DNA of 64,000 nt, from positions 1,216,001 through 1,280,000 of the forward strand of contig CAWIXE010000002.1 of assembly GCA_963840035.1 (NCBI GenBank), read 5' to 3'. A program made the position numbers and the translations under genes. Shown here piece by piece: positions 18,864-29,483 of this stretch. The stretch comes from a candidate division FCPU426 bacterium (GTDB taxonomy: Bacteria; Oederibacteriota; PGYV01; Palsa-1178). Under the pieces are notes generated by a model. It ran no database searches. It had not been told where the DNA came from and saw only the letters and a list, made by a program, of their open reading frames with translations. The stretch's first letter is position 1; the number at the start of each line of letters is the position of its first letter.

Positions 18864-20579
18864 TTATTTAATGCCCCTCTTTTGCAGCTCCGCCTGTTCT
18901 GCCTGCGCTTTTTCTATGGACTTCATAACCTTAATGTCGTCCGGGTTTATCTCTATGGCTTCCTTCCAAGACCTTAAAGCGCCTTTTAAATCTCCGGCCG
19001 TATACATCTTTAACCCGGCATAATAAAGTTTTTTCACCTTATCCGCCTGTTCGTCCGTTAACGCCCTGCCGCCTGAAGCCCTCTTCATCTGCGCCTTTGC
19101 CTTGTCAATATACGTCTTTATGACTTTGTTGCCCGGTTCCATTTTTTGGGCGCGCTCGAAGAAGTCTATGGCGTCATCATACTGCTTGGCTACAAAACTC
19201 TCGATACCTTTTGTAAAGACTTCCCTGGCGCTGTCTTTCATGTCAAGTTTCTGGTTGATCCTGCCTATATATTCGGATACATCCCTGAAGCCTTTGTCTA
19301 TGGCGTAAACATTTTTGAAGCCTTCAAGCGCGCCTATCAGGTCCGAATTCTTGTATGATTTTAAAGCCCTGTCATAATAGCCCGAGATCAATTTTTTTCC
19401 TATAATGGACTTAAGCGTTTTAGCGTCGCTGTAGTCCTTTGCCCAGGTGAGCGCTTTTTCAATCTCATCCATGGCGTCGTCATATTTTTCATTTTTATAC
19501 AGCGCGTAAGCCTTATCAAGGTAAACCTTTGCCTTTTCAACCTCTTTTTTCTTGAACTCCTGCTCGATTAACTGCTTTACCTGTTCTTTCAGCGCGTTTT
19601 CCCTGGCAATCTTCTGTTCGCCCAGCGTCATCCCGAAGTTATAAGACACCGCAAAACGCGAAAGCGCGCCCATGTAGCTGTCCATGGAGTATACATAATC
19701 AACTGACGCGTCAAAAAGTTTTATCCCGCCGCCGAAGGTTATGCGTCCGTCGTCATAGCCCGCCCTTATGCTTAATATCCTGTACCCGGTCACTTCAGCC
19801 CCGGCTTTAAGCCTTATTCCGTTTACAAGCTCGGCTTTCACCGCGTCCACAGCCGCGTTTATCGCGAAGTTTCCCGCCTTAAACCTGTAGGCTACGCCAG
19901 CCGAATACGACTGGGGTATCTCCTCTTTTACCTCGGTTAAGGTAAGCTCCGGTTTTATGATGTTATGCAGCATAAGCCCGACCGCAAGGAAATCAAAAGG
20001 TTCGTAAAGCAGCCCGACATCGGCGCCAAATGCCATGGCATTTACTTTCTGAAAAGCCAGGGTAAACATATTTATGTTTCCCGCAGCCGTAAATTCTTCG
20101 CTTAGCTTCCTCGCGTAGGAAAAAGTTGCCTTATACTCTTCAAGGTAGGTTGTTCCCGTGTATATGTCCAATGAATCGTAAACAAGTATGCCATCAGTCC
20201 TGAGCCTGTAAACCGCCAGTCCTACAGTTCCGAAATCAAGGATAGGCTGCGCGTATGATACCGAGTTATACAGGGTGTCAGCGTGCATGGGGTAATGCAT
20301 TAAAAGCAGCTGCTGTTTCTCGAGGTTTATCAGGCCCGCGGGGTTATAATACGTGCCTGAAGCGTCATCGGATATAGCTGTAAACGCGCCGCCCATTGCC
20401 GACGCGCGCGACCCGCTGCCGGAAGTAAATACGGACTCAGCCCCGTAGTTGTCAACGGCAAACGTTTTTAACGGCATTAAAAATAATAAAATACAAACGA
20501 TTTTCAATTTTAAATTTTCAATTTTAAATTGAAATCCATAAGCTCTATAGGTGCTGTTTACAGCAAACTTGTCGGTCAT
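18864..20579 (-). CDS. PorV/UPF0164-like outer-membrane beta-barrel fused to C-terminal TPR domain (copy A)
   Basis: GSRASAMGGAFTAISDDASGTYYNPAGL motif; alternating beta strands ending SRFAVSYNFG; several TPR repeats; start uncertain (ATG 20579). Confidence 0.8.
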   Translation of the reverse strand: MTDKFAVNSTYRAYGFQFKIENLKLKIVCILLFLMPLKTFAVDNYGAESVFTSGSGSRASAMGGAFTAISDDASGTYYNPAGLINLEKQQLLLMHYPMHADTLYNSVSYAQPILDFGTVGLAVYRLRTDGILVYDSLDIYTGTTYLEEYKATFSYARKLSEEFTAAGNINMFTLAFQKVNAMAFGADVGLLYEPFDFLAVGLMLHNIIKPELTLTEVKEEIPQSYSAGVAYRFKAGNFAINAAVDAVKAELVNGIRLKAGAEVTGYRILSIRAGYDDGRITFGGGIKLFDASVDYVYSMDSYMGALSRFAVSYNFGMTLGEQKIARENALKEQVKQLIEQEFKKKEVEKAKVYLDKAYALYKNEKYDDAMDEIEKALTWAKDYSDAKTLKSIIGKKLISGYYDRALKSYKNSDLIGALEGFKNVYAIDKGFRDVSEYIGRINQKLDMKDSAREVFTKGIESFVAKQYDDAIDFFERAQKMEPGNKVIKTYIDKAKAQMKRASGGRALTDEQADKVKKLYYAGLKMYTAGDLKGALRSWKEAIEINPDDIKVMKSIEKAQAEQAELQKRGIK

Positions 20580-20717
20580 GTCCACCTTCGTATAATTCCA
20601 ATCTCTTATTCCTGATTTTTAATTGAAACTATTCCTAAATCATCCGCTCCGGGTTTCATTCCTATCTCCAGTCTCCTGTCTCACATTCCCTAAACCAACC
20701 ACACACCGCCCACTGCC

Positions 20718-23700
20718 TTACCTTAAAACCATTATCTTCCTTATTAACTTCTTTGTCTTCCCTGTGGTTTTATCATTTATTTCAAGAACACACAGGTATA
20801 CGCCGGAACGCACATCGGCTTTATCCCCGTTTTTCCCGTCCCAGGAATCTTCAGAATGCAGGCCCGCTGTTTTTACTGTTTTTTCAATTATTGCTTTTAC
20901 CTTCCTGCCTTCAAGCGTAAATACAGCTACGGTTACTTCCGAGGCATTCGGCAGGTAATACTCAATATTTGTGGAGCCAAGCGACGGATTAAACGGGTTC
21001 GGGTAAGAGTGATATGAGTCCTCTGTAATTGCCGCCTGTATGGAAGCGGCTCCCGACTTCATGTTTCCGAAATAATCCCCCGCTTTTGCCTGGACATTTG
21101 TAAGCGGGGTTGTTATGACATCACCCGCTGAAACAAGCTCAATTCCAAAATCACGGGCGCAGGAATCCGAAACTTCCACTGATACCGTTATGGTCTTCGT
21201 GGTATTATTCGCCACTGTAAGCGACGTGAATTCCACATACATCTGCGGGACGGCTGTCGCCGTTATTGACTTTAATACAGCCGTTCCTTCTTTAAACGTA
21301 ATAAGCCTCAACACTGAAGAGGCCGGTATGGCCGCGCCATCCCTGGATATGGCCGTTATCGTAATGCCCGCTATGTCGACGTTTGTATTATTGCTGTTTG
21401 TAAATGTTATATCCAGCGCGTCAGTGTCTTTCTGCCCTTTTACGGCCGAGACCGGCATACGCGCGCTGTGTCCAACTTCCATGAAATACGTAACCGCGGT
21501 TATGGTGGTTGTATTTGACAAAAATTCAAATGAATCGCCGTTCTTAGCCGTGATGGTCACATACCCTGCCGGGTAATTGTGCGCGATAATATTCCCTGCT
21601 GAGGCGACTTTGAACCTTACATCGCCGGTCGCGGCGCTGTCGGCTATGTTTGCCACGGCGTATACGGTCACTGTATTGGATGCCTGCACCGCCATCGGGT
21701 TAAAGAACTTTACATATATGGGTCCTGCCGCGGAGAATGCCGATCCCGTGACATATCCATATGTGGTAATTCCGAAGTAATCGGTGAATTTCAAACCCTC
21801 CAGCATGGATGAAGGCGTCAATATGACATTTGAAGTATCCACGGCCGTTATTGATATACCCTCAACCATTACGTCCGCGGAACCGGCCGCGCCGGGGTTC
21901 ATCAGGTTCAGCGCCATCAGTTTCACATCATCCTGCCCTTTTCCTACAAGCGCCGGGATAAGCGTCCCGTCGTGCCATGTATACAGGTCTGTGGCCGGAG
22001 CGTTATTAACGCTTACCTGGCCGGTGTGCCACGGCAGGCTTCCTGAAGTTATATTTTTTGTCACTTCATATCCTGAATTTGTATCCTTTACCCAGACCTC
22101 ATTTGACGACTCAAGGTATACAGAGAAATTAAACGCCGTGGCCAGCGGAAGTATGTCGGCAAAAACCGTTACATATTTGTAACCTGACGGGGAAAGCGCC
22201 ACAGGCGCGCTGAATTTAACCGGTATCTTAAAGGCGGCTCCGGGAGCCACGCTTGCCATAGTGGCGGAAGCGCTGTCCACTATGTAAATGTTTTCAATGC
22301 ATGAATTAGCGGCGATGTCAGCCGTACCGGCGCCGTTCTTTACCGTGATGGTAAGGCCGCTCCATATTTCCTGAGCAGTGCCGGCGGCCAGGTTGTCGCT
22401 TACCTTAAAGGCAAACAACGCCACCCTTTTCTGCGCTTTTACAACAGCAGGCTGCGCGTCCACAACAGGATCAAAACCGCCTATATCAACTGATGATGCC
22501 TTATCCTGCATTACCGCAAGCCCTGACGCCATGGGGAAAACATCCGGGGCCTTGTTTGATATTGACACGGAATTAAAACTGTTCGCGTCAACCGCGTAAA
22601 CATCGGGAGCCGACACCAGCGCCGCCTTAAATGAAGGGCTGGCAAACGATGAAGCAGCATCAACCCTGACAGTGGCTGTTACGTTATTCGCGGTTGATAC
22701 TATTATAGGCGCTGTCAGATTAATGGTTATCTTATTGCCGGTAAATGACGCTGTTTCACCGTATACTATCGAACCATCCTCGCTGCATATCCTGACGGCT
22801 TTTGCCACATCCGCAGGCGCTATAGCTGTGTTTGTATTATCCTCCAGGTAAATATTTACCCTTGTGACCATGATACTTGCCGTACGTGTGTCTCCTGTGT
22901 CCGTGAATATGATTTTCATAGCCGGTGCATTCAGCTGGTCAGTACTTAATACAGCCGGCATGGTATCCGAGTGTGATACTTTAAGCAAGGTAGGCTGTTT
23001 TTGAAGCGCCGCCACTGAGGACTCCATGGCAAAAACTCCCGTAACAACAACAGGCAGCTGCCCTGAATTATAATCCACAGCCGTAAGCGCCGCGGCCGAT
23101 GACAGGACAAACTTAAAACCAGATACGGCGTTATATGTATTTGGCGTTATGTCAGCCACTATATAAACATATTTAAACTCGCCGGCAGCCAGGGTAACAG
23201 GCTGCGGGAAAGTAAAATCGATGAATTCCGACGATGTGATTGCCGTTGTGTTTAAGTAGTCATCAAATAAATCAGTCGCCTTTATGCGGGATACTGCCAT
23301 GTTTGCCGCCACTGTATTTGAGGCCGCGTCCCTGACAGTAAGCGAAATTCCCGTGATTAATACCGGCGAAAAACCGGCGCCTCCGGTATTGCTCAGCGTA
23401 AGCATCATGGCAAACACATCTCCCTGCCCGGTTGAAACCGAAGGCGGCATCAGGTCTGTTAAAACCGCGGATACCGAAACTGTCCGGCGCTGCAGCAGGA
23501 AATTGCCCGAGGACATGGGGAATATTTCAGCGCCGTCCGCGGAAACAGCGGCCGTGACCGAAACATCCTGCGCCTGCGCCAGCGATATGTAATATGATGC
23601 CGAGAAAGTCGCGGCTTTAGCGTCAGCGTAAAGCGAAAGCGACGCGCTTGACTGCGGAAGGGCGAAAAACGGCGAAGAGGACATATCCAGTATCACCGTA

Positions 23701-26700
23701 TGCAGCGGCCCCGATACCGCGGCAGTCGCTTTTGTATTTCCGGCGTCGTCCACAAGGTACATGTTGGTGAATATCTCGGATGCGGCGACATTATTACCCA
23801 AACCGTCTTTTACCGTCACGGTTAAATACCTTATATATTCGGTGAAGGAACCTATATTCCTGGATGTAAAATTTATAAGCCCGAAATTCTGCTCCCCCGC
23901 TGTTACCTGCGGCGGCGCCAGGGCAGCATGGCTGATTTTCAGGCCGGGCGTGGAAAGAATTGTCGATACAGCCGAACGCAGCGGGTATGCCGCGGTAATT
24001 GCGGTGATTGCCGTGGAGCTGTTTATTTCTGAAACTTTTATATCCTGTTGTTTTTCAATGCCCAGCATGACATATATTTCCGTTGATGCCGGCGCTATGT
24101 CAGCGTAGAGCGTAAGCCCCTTTGCCGAACCTGCGGCTAAGGAAACATTCGTGGTAAATGGTACATAAACGGCACTGCCGGATACCGGCATGGATGTCTG
24201 ACTGCCGTATTCTGTCACGCCGTCGGATACTGCCAGCCTGGCGATTACGGACGACGGTATCAAAGGCGAAGCGCCGGAGCTCAGCACCGTGACTGTCACG
24301 CCTGTCAATTCCACGGATGAATAGCCGGCGGGGTTATTATTGCGCGGTTCAAAATAAAGGGCCGCGACATTTGCCTGGCCTTTGTTTACGGTTGCGGGCA
24401 TTAAGCTCGACGATACCGCGGCTATGGAAGATGATTTTTGCTGTATAAGGGCGTAATCCGAGCGCATCGGAAACGCGTCTGCCTGGGCAATTACAGGAAG
24501 TATTTCATATGAGTTCGCGTCCCTGGCAATAATGGCTGCCGCTGATTTTAAATTAACCTTAAATCCGGCTGTTGCCGGCGAGGAATTAATATCCCCCGCG
24601 ATGAATACCTGCTTTGTCGCGCCCGGCTGGACAGTAATGGGCGTTGTAAGCCCTATGGAAACATTATCCCCGTAATCAGCCACAGAAGGCACATCTCCGT
24701 ATATGGTGCCCAGGCTGTCAGTCACATACATGCGCGTAAGCGCGCTGTATGGAGTAATCCCTGCGTTTGAAAGGTCCTCAGTTGTAATTACGATCCTTGT
24801 TATTGCCATGTTAGCGCCGCTTATCCCGCCCGGATTTGTGAAGTTAAGCGCCATGAGTTTCGCGCCAGTCTGCCCCCTGTTATACGCAGCCTGTATAACG
24901 CCGGTATGCGACATCCGGCAGTCAGCCACCTGCTGCTGAATGATGACAGTGGATGTTGTCATCGGGAAAGTATCGCCGTTTATTGCCGAGGTCGTAATTG
25001 TAACGCCTGAATTTGCGTCCTCAAACCTTATGTCATTATTTATTTTTAAGTTTACCCTGAACGTACCGGCCTGCAGCGTATCAACTATATCCACATAAAG
25101 TTTTAAGTCGTCAGATACGCCCGGCGAGACTGATGCGGGAATGGTAAAAGGCACATAGAATGAGCCGGTTGAATTAGGTATGGCTGTATAAAAAGTGTTA
25201 ACAACCGTTGCGCCGCGCACCATTATTTTTTTAATGGCTGTTGAAGGGTTGATGGCCGTGTTTGTATCATCCTCAACCGTTATTGTTAAGCCGGTCAGCA
25301 TTATTGACGCGCTGTCAGCCGGGTTAGGGTTTTGTATGGTAAGAATCTCGGCGAATATGTCAGTCTGTCCGGTGGAAACCGTCGTGGGTATGACATCGCT
25401 GTGGGCGATGCCGCCTGAAGCGGGCTTTAACTGTACTTTTACGGCATTGCTTCTCATGGGGAATGAATCGCCAGAATCCGCCTCAACCAGTATGGTATTG
25501 GGCATGGCGTCAACCGCGCCAATATCGGCATTAAGTTTCATGTATGAGATAACAGCGTTGTCCTTCAGGTCAAAATAAATATCCGCGGTATTATAAGAGG
25601 AAGTCGCTATATCAACCACGGTTGTAAAAGGGATATAAACAATCGAGCCCGAGGACGGTATGGACGACACTATTCCATTCGTGTTTCCTGCCCCGTCAAC
25701 CGCGTATATTTTTGTAATTTCAGAGGAAGGTATGATGGGCGTGTTTGAGCCGTCTTCCACTGTTATGGTAACGCCCCGGACAGAGATGGGTCTGTCAGTG
25801 GTATTGGAGAATTTTAACTGCATGGCCTTAACGCCCTGCTGGCCGTTAGTCGCGGCCGCGGGCATGAGGCTTGTATGAAGCACCTTCATTTTATTTGAAG
25901 ACTGTATTGTATACAGGAACGACCTCATGTCAGGGAAACTATCGGCAATGTTCGCGGTAACAGAAACAGGAAGCAGCTGGTTTGAATCCACCGCGGATAA
26001 ATTCTGCGCGCCGGAAAGATTAATCCTGAATTCCGCCGCTGACGCGAAAGATGATATGTCCGCTGAAACCGTGACTGTTATGTTTCCCGGCGACGCTGAC
26101 GGTGTAAGCATTATAGGGTTTGTAAAATTAATATATATATTCTGCCCTGCCGGAATCGCTGAAACTGAGCCAAGTTCGTTTGCGGGGTTGATCGTCTCAA
26201 AAACCGACATTTTAGAGAACGCCGTATTGGCGCCTATGAATCCGGAGCTGTTTTCGGCAGTTAATGTAATGCCCCTTATTATAACCGATGACGTCATGGT
26301 ATTGCCCGGCACCTCAAAAGCCAGGTTCATCAACTGTACGCCGACCGCGCCTTTTTCATACGGGCCGCCGGCAATCGGGGTATGAAGGACATTTATGGTA
26401 AGCGCCCGCGCTTCTATGTGAGACGCGGAACTTGTCATGGGGTACGAGTCCCCGGCAAAAGCACCGGCTGTCAAAGAATTTCCCAGGTTATTATCTTTTG
26501 CGGTTATATTGCCCGCAGCCGCAAGCTGTATCCTGAAGTAACTCTTATTTGGATTTGCGCTCATGTTAAACTTTACAGATGCTGTCACAGGTACAGCCGA
26601 GTTATAACCGATGATAATCGGCTGAGCCAGGGCAATATCAAGCACAGAACTGGTGGTTGTGACAGAAGCGCCGGCATAGACATTTGAAGTATTGACAAAC

Positions 26701-28904
26701 TCATCAATACGCACGCCGCTGACAACATCAGCCGCGGGTATTGCCGCGCCAAGGTTATCCTGAATGGTAACCCTAATCCTGTCTATAGACACGACGCCTG
26801 ACGTATTATTTAAGAACGCCAGCGACATGGCCGCGACTCCCTGCTGCCCGGCATTGCACTTAAGGGGCATTGTATCAACATGCCTGACTTTAATGTCAGT
26901 GGCAGCGTTTACTATCTGCGCTGAAGATGTCTTCATGGGAAAAGAATCGGAAACATCGGCCGATACAGCCACGGCCGCTTTTGAATAATAGTCCACGGAA
27001 TTTATGGCTGTCGCCGCGCCAAGGCTTAGTTTCAGGTTAGTATCAGATGTCGTTCCCGTGACATCAAGATAGAATTTCAGGGTATTGGAACCTGCCGGGG
27101 GTATAATCAGCGGCGACGAGAAATCCACATAAAGTTTTGACGCTGTTGATGCCATTGAAGAATATGAAACAAGGGTGTTATTTAAGGAGTCCAAAACCGT
27201 CAGTTTTGCCAGCACACTGTTTGGTGTGTTTGTCCCCGCGTCATTTTCCACGGTGAGTGTAACCCCTTTAATCTCAATGGGCGCGTAACCAGCGCCATTG
27301 GCATGCGTCAGCGTCACATCCTGCGCATACACCCACTTCTGCAATTTTGCCACATAAGCCGGCATTTTGTTTGCGTGTTGGACGCTGACTCCCGTCGCGG
27401 CGTTTATGATGGACGCTGCGGTGGACGAAAGCGACGATGCCATCACAACATTCAGCGTATTTCCGGAGGATCCGCTTACCGCCCACACATCAGCGGACTT
27501 AGAAAGACTCATGTAAAAATTTGCGCTTGTAATTGATGATTTTATATCCGCTAAGGCTGTCACTTCCCTATATGTATTTGCCGTAATAGTTATGTACTGC
27601 GCAAACGGTATCCAGGCTAACCCGGAAACAGCGCTTAAAACTGGCGTGCCTGAAAAAACAGTCACACCATCAGAAATCCTCATACCTGAAAACATGGAGT
27701 CCGCGCTCGCGCCGTCATTAGATATGGCGGTTATAGTTACTCCCTTTATGATGCAGTCTGCATAGGTTGTGACTGTCTGCGGGTGGGTAAACCGGATTAC
27801 AAAAGGTTTTATATTTGACTGCCCTTTCGAAACAACTGCCGGCATCAAGGTGGTGTGCGAGGCGTTTACGGTATTATTTGCCTGAGTAATAATAACCCTG
27901 GTTGACGAGAACGGAAAAGCATACCCGTCCGAAGCCATTATTGTAATTCTTGTGGAATTTGTGGTATCAGAAGCCTGTGGCACCCGCAGACCCAGGTCGT
28001 ATGCGTTTATCGTATTGGTAATGTCTATATATATGTCCACTGATTTTGTCGTTCCTGCCGGTACTGCTAAACTGGTTGTAAATGGGACATTGACAGTAGT
28101 CGTCGCACCCACCGCAGTATAATTAGCGTATGTTGTCACGCCGTCGCTGAATTTTATCCCGGTCAGTACCGCGTTTAACAACACACCTCCGGCATAGTTT
28201 ACAGTTTGAAGCCTTTCCGCGTTAACCTGCGCCGTAAAAGTAGCTGTATTATAAAACGACACCTGCATGGCATCTATATTAGCCTGCCCCAAATCAGCTT
28301 TTGCAGGCATTCTATCAATGTATGATGCAAAAATAAATTTTGGGGTTATTATGGTCTGGGTGGATGTGTTGTATAAAGCGGAAGCCGGGAACTGCCCTCC
28401 CGAACTGAAATCCAATTTGTTATTGCTCATCGATGGCCCGAATTTGCACAAAGCGCCGTTCGTCGGGGTTGCGGAAACATCTACTGTAACATAAAGGCAG
28501 CTTCCGTTTATCACGGCCTGGCTAACAGAGGATTTTGTCCAGTTTTTAGCGCTGCTTCTGGTAAGAGTTCCAAGTGATAAAGCACTCCCTGCGTTAAAAA
28601 CACCGCCAGTAGCCTGATACCACAATTTTACAGCTGATATATCAACTGTCTGGTCCGCGCCATTGGCCCCGGCACTGTTTACTATTTCCACAGATTTTAG
28701 TGTGTCTCCGGATCCATTTGCCGCTATATTAACCTGAAGTACTAACCTATTTGTCTCAAGCGGGTTGAAATTTGCGGCCGGGACATCTGTAAGGGATATT
28801 CCCGTTGCTTTAGCAAACGCGGATGAAAATATAGTAAGCGCAAAAAAAATCACAAGTACGGTTTTGTATATAAAGGTCTTGCCGACAAAATACGACTTTT
28901 TCAT
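20718..28904 (-). CDS. Giant secreted surface protein, ~16 tandem ~160-aa beta-rich repeats + FlgD-Ig/T9SS-like C-terminal domain (copy A)
   Basis: Signal peptide; recurring VxHxxxMPxxxxxGQ...DxFPMxS; C-terminus SYPNPFNP...IEYYL...WDGKNG...SGVYL...RKIMVLR; ATG 28904 overlaps the upstream TGA. Confidence 0.85.
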   Translation of the reverse strand: MKKSYFVGKTFIYKTVLVIFFALTIFSSAFAKATGISLTDVPAANFNPLETNRLVLQVNIAANGSGDTLKSVEIVNSAGANGADQTVDISAVKLWYQATGGVFNAGSALSLGTLTRSSAKNWTKSSVSQAVINGSCLYVTVDVSATPTNGALCKFGPSMSNNKLDFSSGGQFPASALYNTSTQTIITPKFIFASYIDRMPAKADLGQANIDAMQVSFYNTATFTAQVNAERLQTVNYAGGVLLNAVLTGIKFSDGVTTYANYTAVGATTTVNVPFTTSLAVPAGTTKSVDIYIDITNTINAYDLGLRVPQASDTTNSTRITIMASDGYAFPFSSTRVIITQANNTVNASHTTLMPAVVSKGQSNIKPFVIRFTHPQTVTTYADCIIKGVTITAISNDGASADSMFSGMRISDGVTVFSGTPVLSAVSGLAWIPFAQYITITANTYREVTALADIKSSITSANFYMSLSKSADVWAVSGSSGNTLNVVMASSLSSTAASIINAATGVSVQHANKMPAYVAKLQKWVYAQDVTLTHANGAGYAPIEIKGVTLTVENDAGTNTPNSVLAKLTVLDSLNNTLVSYSSMASTASKLYVDFSSPLIIPPAGSNTLKFYLDVTGTTSDTNLKLSLGAATAINSVDYYSKAAVAVSADVSDSFPMKTSSAQIVNAATDIKVRHVDTMPLKCNAGQQGVAAMSLAFLNNTSGVVSIDRIRVTIQDNLGAAIPAADVVSGVRIDEFVNTSNVYAGASVTTTSSVLDIALAQPIIIGYNSAVPVTASVKFNMSANPNKSYFRIQLAAAGNITAKDNNLGNSLTAGAFAGDSYPMTSSASHIEARALTINVLHTPIAGGPYEKGAVGVQLMNLAFEVPGNTMTSSVIIRGITLTAENSSGFIGANTAFSKMSVFETINPANELGSVSAIPAGQNIYINFTNPIMLTPSASPGNITVTVSADISSFASAAEFRINLSGAQNLSAVDSNQLLPVSVTANIADSFPDMRSFLYTIQSSNKMKVLHTSLMPAAATNGQQGVKAMQLKFSNTTDRPISVRGVTITVEDGSNTPIIPSSEITKIYAVDGAGNTNGIVSSIPSSGSIVYIPFTTVVDIATSSYNTADIYFDLKDNAVISYMKLNADIGAVDAMPNTILVEADSGDSFPMRSNAVKVQLKPASGGIAHSDVIPTTVSTGQTDIFAEILTIQNPNPADSASIMLTGLTITVEDDTNTAINPSTAIKKIMVRGATVVNTFYTAIPNSTGSFYVPFTIPASVSPGVSDDLKLYVDIVDTLQAGTFRVNLKINNDIRFEDANSGVTITTSAINGDTFPMTTSTVIIQQQVADCRMSHTGVIQAAYNRGQTGAKLMALNFTNPGGISGANMAITRIVITTEDLSNAGITPYSALTRMYVTDSLGTIYGDVPSVADYGDNVSIGLTTPITVQPGATKQVFIAGDINSSPATAGFKVNLKSAAAIIARDANSYEILPVIAQADAFPMRSDYALIQQKSSSIAAVSSSLMPATVNKGQANVAALYFEPRNNNPAGYSSVELTGVTVTVLSSGASPLIPSSVIARLAVSDGVTEYGSQTSMPVSGSAVYVPFTTNVSLAAGSAKGLTLYADIAPASTEIYVMLGIEKQQDIKVSEINSSTAITAITAAYPLRSAVSTILSTPGLKISHAALAPPQVTAGEQNFGLINFTSRNIGSFTEYIRYLTVTVKDGLGNNVAASEIFTNMYLVDDAGNTKATAAVSGPLHTVILDMSSSPFFALPQSSASLSLYADAKAATFSASYYISLAQAQDVSVTAAVSADGAEIFPMSSGNFLLQRRTVSVSAVLTDLMPPSVSTGQGDVFAMMLTLSNTGGAGFSPVLITGISLTVRDAASNTVAANMAVSRIKATDLFDDYLNTTAITSSEFIDFTFPQPVTLAAGEFKYVYIVADITPNTYNAVSGFKFVLSSAAALTAVDYNSGQLPVVVTGVFAMESSVAALQKQPTLLKVSHSDTMPAVLSTDQLNAPAMKIIFTDTGDTRTASIMVTRVNIYLEDNTNTAIAPADVAKAVRICSEDGSIVYGETASFTGNKITINLTAPIIVSTANNVTATVRVDAASSFASPSFKAALVSAPDVYAVDANSFNSVSISNKAPDVFPMASGLAVMQDKASSVDIGGFDPVVDAQPAVVKAQKRVALFAFKVSDNLAAGTAQEIWSGLTITVKNGAGTADIAANSCIENIYIVDSASATMASVAPGAAFKIPVKFSAPVALSPSGYKYVTVFADILPLATAFNFSVYLESSNEVWVKDTNSGYEVTKNITSGSLPWHTGQVSVNNAPATDLYTWHDGTLIPALVGKGQDDVKLMALNLMNPGAAGSADVMVEGISITAVDTSNVILTPSSMLEGLKFTDYFGITTYGYVTGSAFSAAGPIYVKFFNPMAVQASNTVTVYAVANIADSAATGDVRFKVASAGNIIAHNYPAGYVTITAKNGDSFEFLSNTTTITAVTYFMEVGHSARMPVSAVKGQKDTDALDITFTNSNNTNVDIAGITITAISRDGAAIPASSVLRLITFKEGTAVLKSITATAVPQMYVEFTSLTVANNTTKTITVSVEVSDSCARDFGIELVSAGDVITTPLTNVQAKAGDYFGNMKSGAASIQAAITEDSYHSYPNPFNPSLGSTNIEYYLPNASEVTVAVFTLEGRKVKAIIEKTVKTAGLHSEDSWDGKNGDKADVRSGVYLCVLEINDKTTGKTKKLIRKIMVLR

Positions 28905-29149
28905 AATGGCCATTCGATAGAAGACTTATCCGTCTGCGGTTTTCCCTTATACGGCAGCGTCAACTTATAAACCATCTCTATCTTATCATCTTCATCATTA
29001 TATACCATGGCCGCTATGTCGCCTTTTGTTGGGTATACCGGGAATGTTTTGCCCTTATTCGGCCCGGCCTGGATTGTGTAGTATTTACCGGTGTGTTCAC
29101 ACCCGTTTTTGATTAATTCGAGTAATTTTTCCTTTTCGGTTTTTGCCAT
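28901..29149 (-). CDS. Small hypothetical protein (82 aa), translationally coupled to the giant gene
   Basis: GAGG RBS, ATG 29149, ATGA overlap at 28901-28904. Confidence 0.65.
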   Translation of the reverse strand: MAKTEKEKLLELIKNGCEHTGKYYTIQAGPNKGKTFPVYPTKGDIAAMVYNDEDDKIEMVYKLTLPYKGKPQTDKSSIEWPL

Positions 29150-29218
29150 ACGCACCTCAAAATCTCATTTTTTGCAATTATCGATTTTTTGGTTTTTTCA
29201 CTTTTCCCGCTTTTGTAA

Positions 29219-29247
29219 ATTTTATTATGTTTTCCTCTTTTAGTCAA
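29219..29247 (-). promoter_or_regulatory. Putative sigma70 promoter of cassette A
   Basis: TTGACT-17 nt-TAAAAT. Confidence 0.55.
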
Positions 29248-29483
29248 TATAAATTAGCGATTTATTCCGGCACATTACAGCATTAAATTAGATTATAATT
29301 AATTATAATAATCTATATTACAGCTAATTATATTGTAGTTGGGCTTTATGTCATTAGATTTTATTAAAACACATCAAATTATAACATATGATATTATATC
29401 ATCGCTTTGTTTTGCTGATTGTTAATACAAAACCCCATATTTAATTGGGGTATTCTTTTACGCAACACGTCAAATCCCATGCC

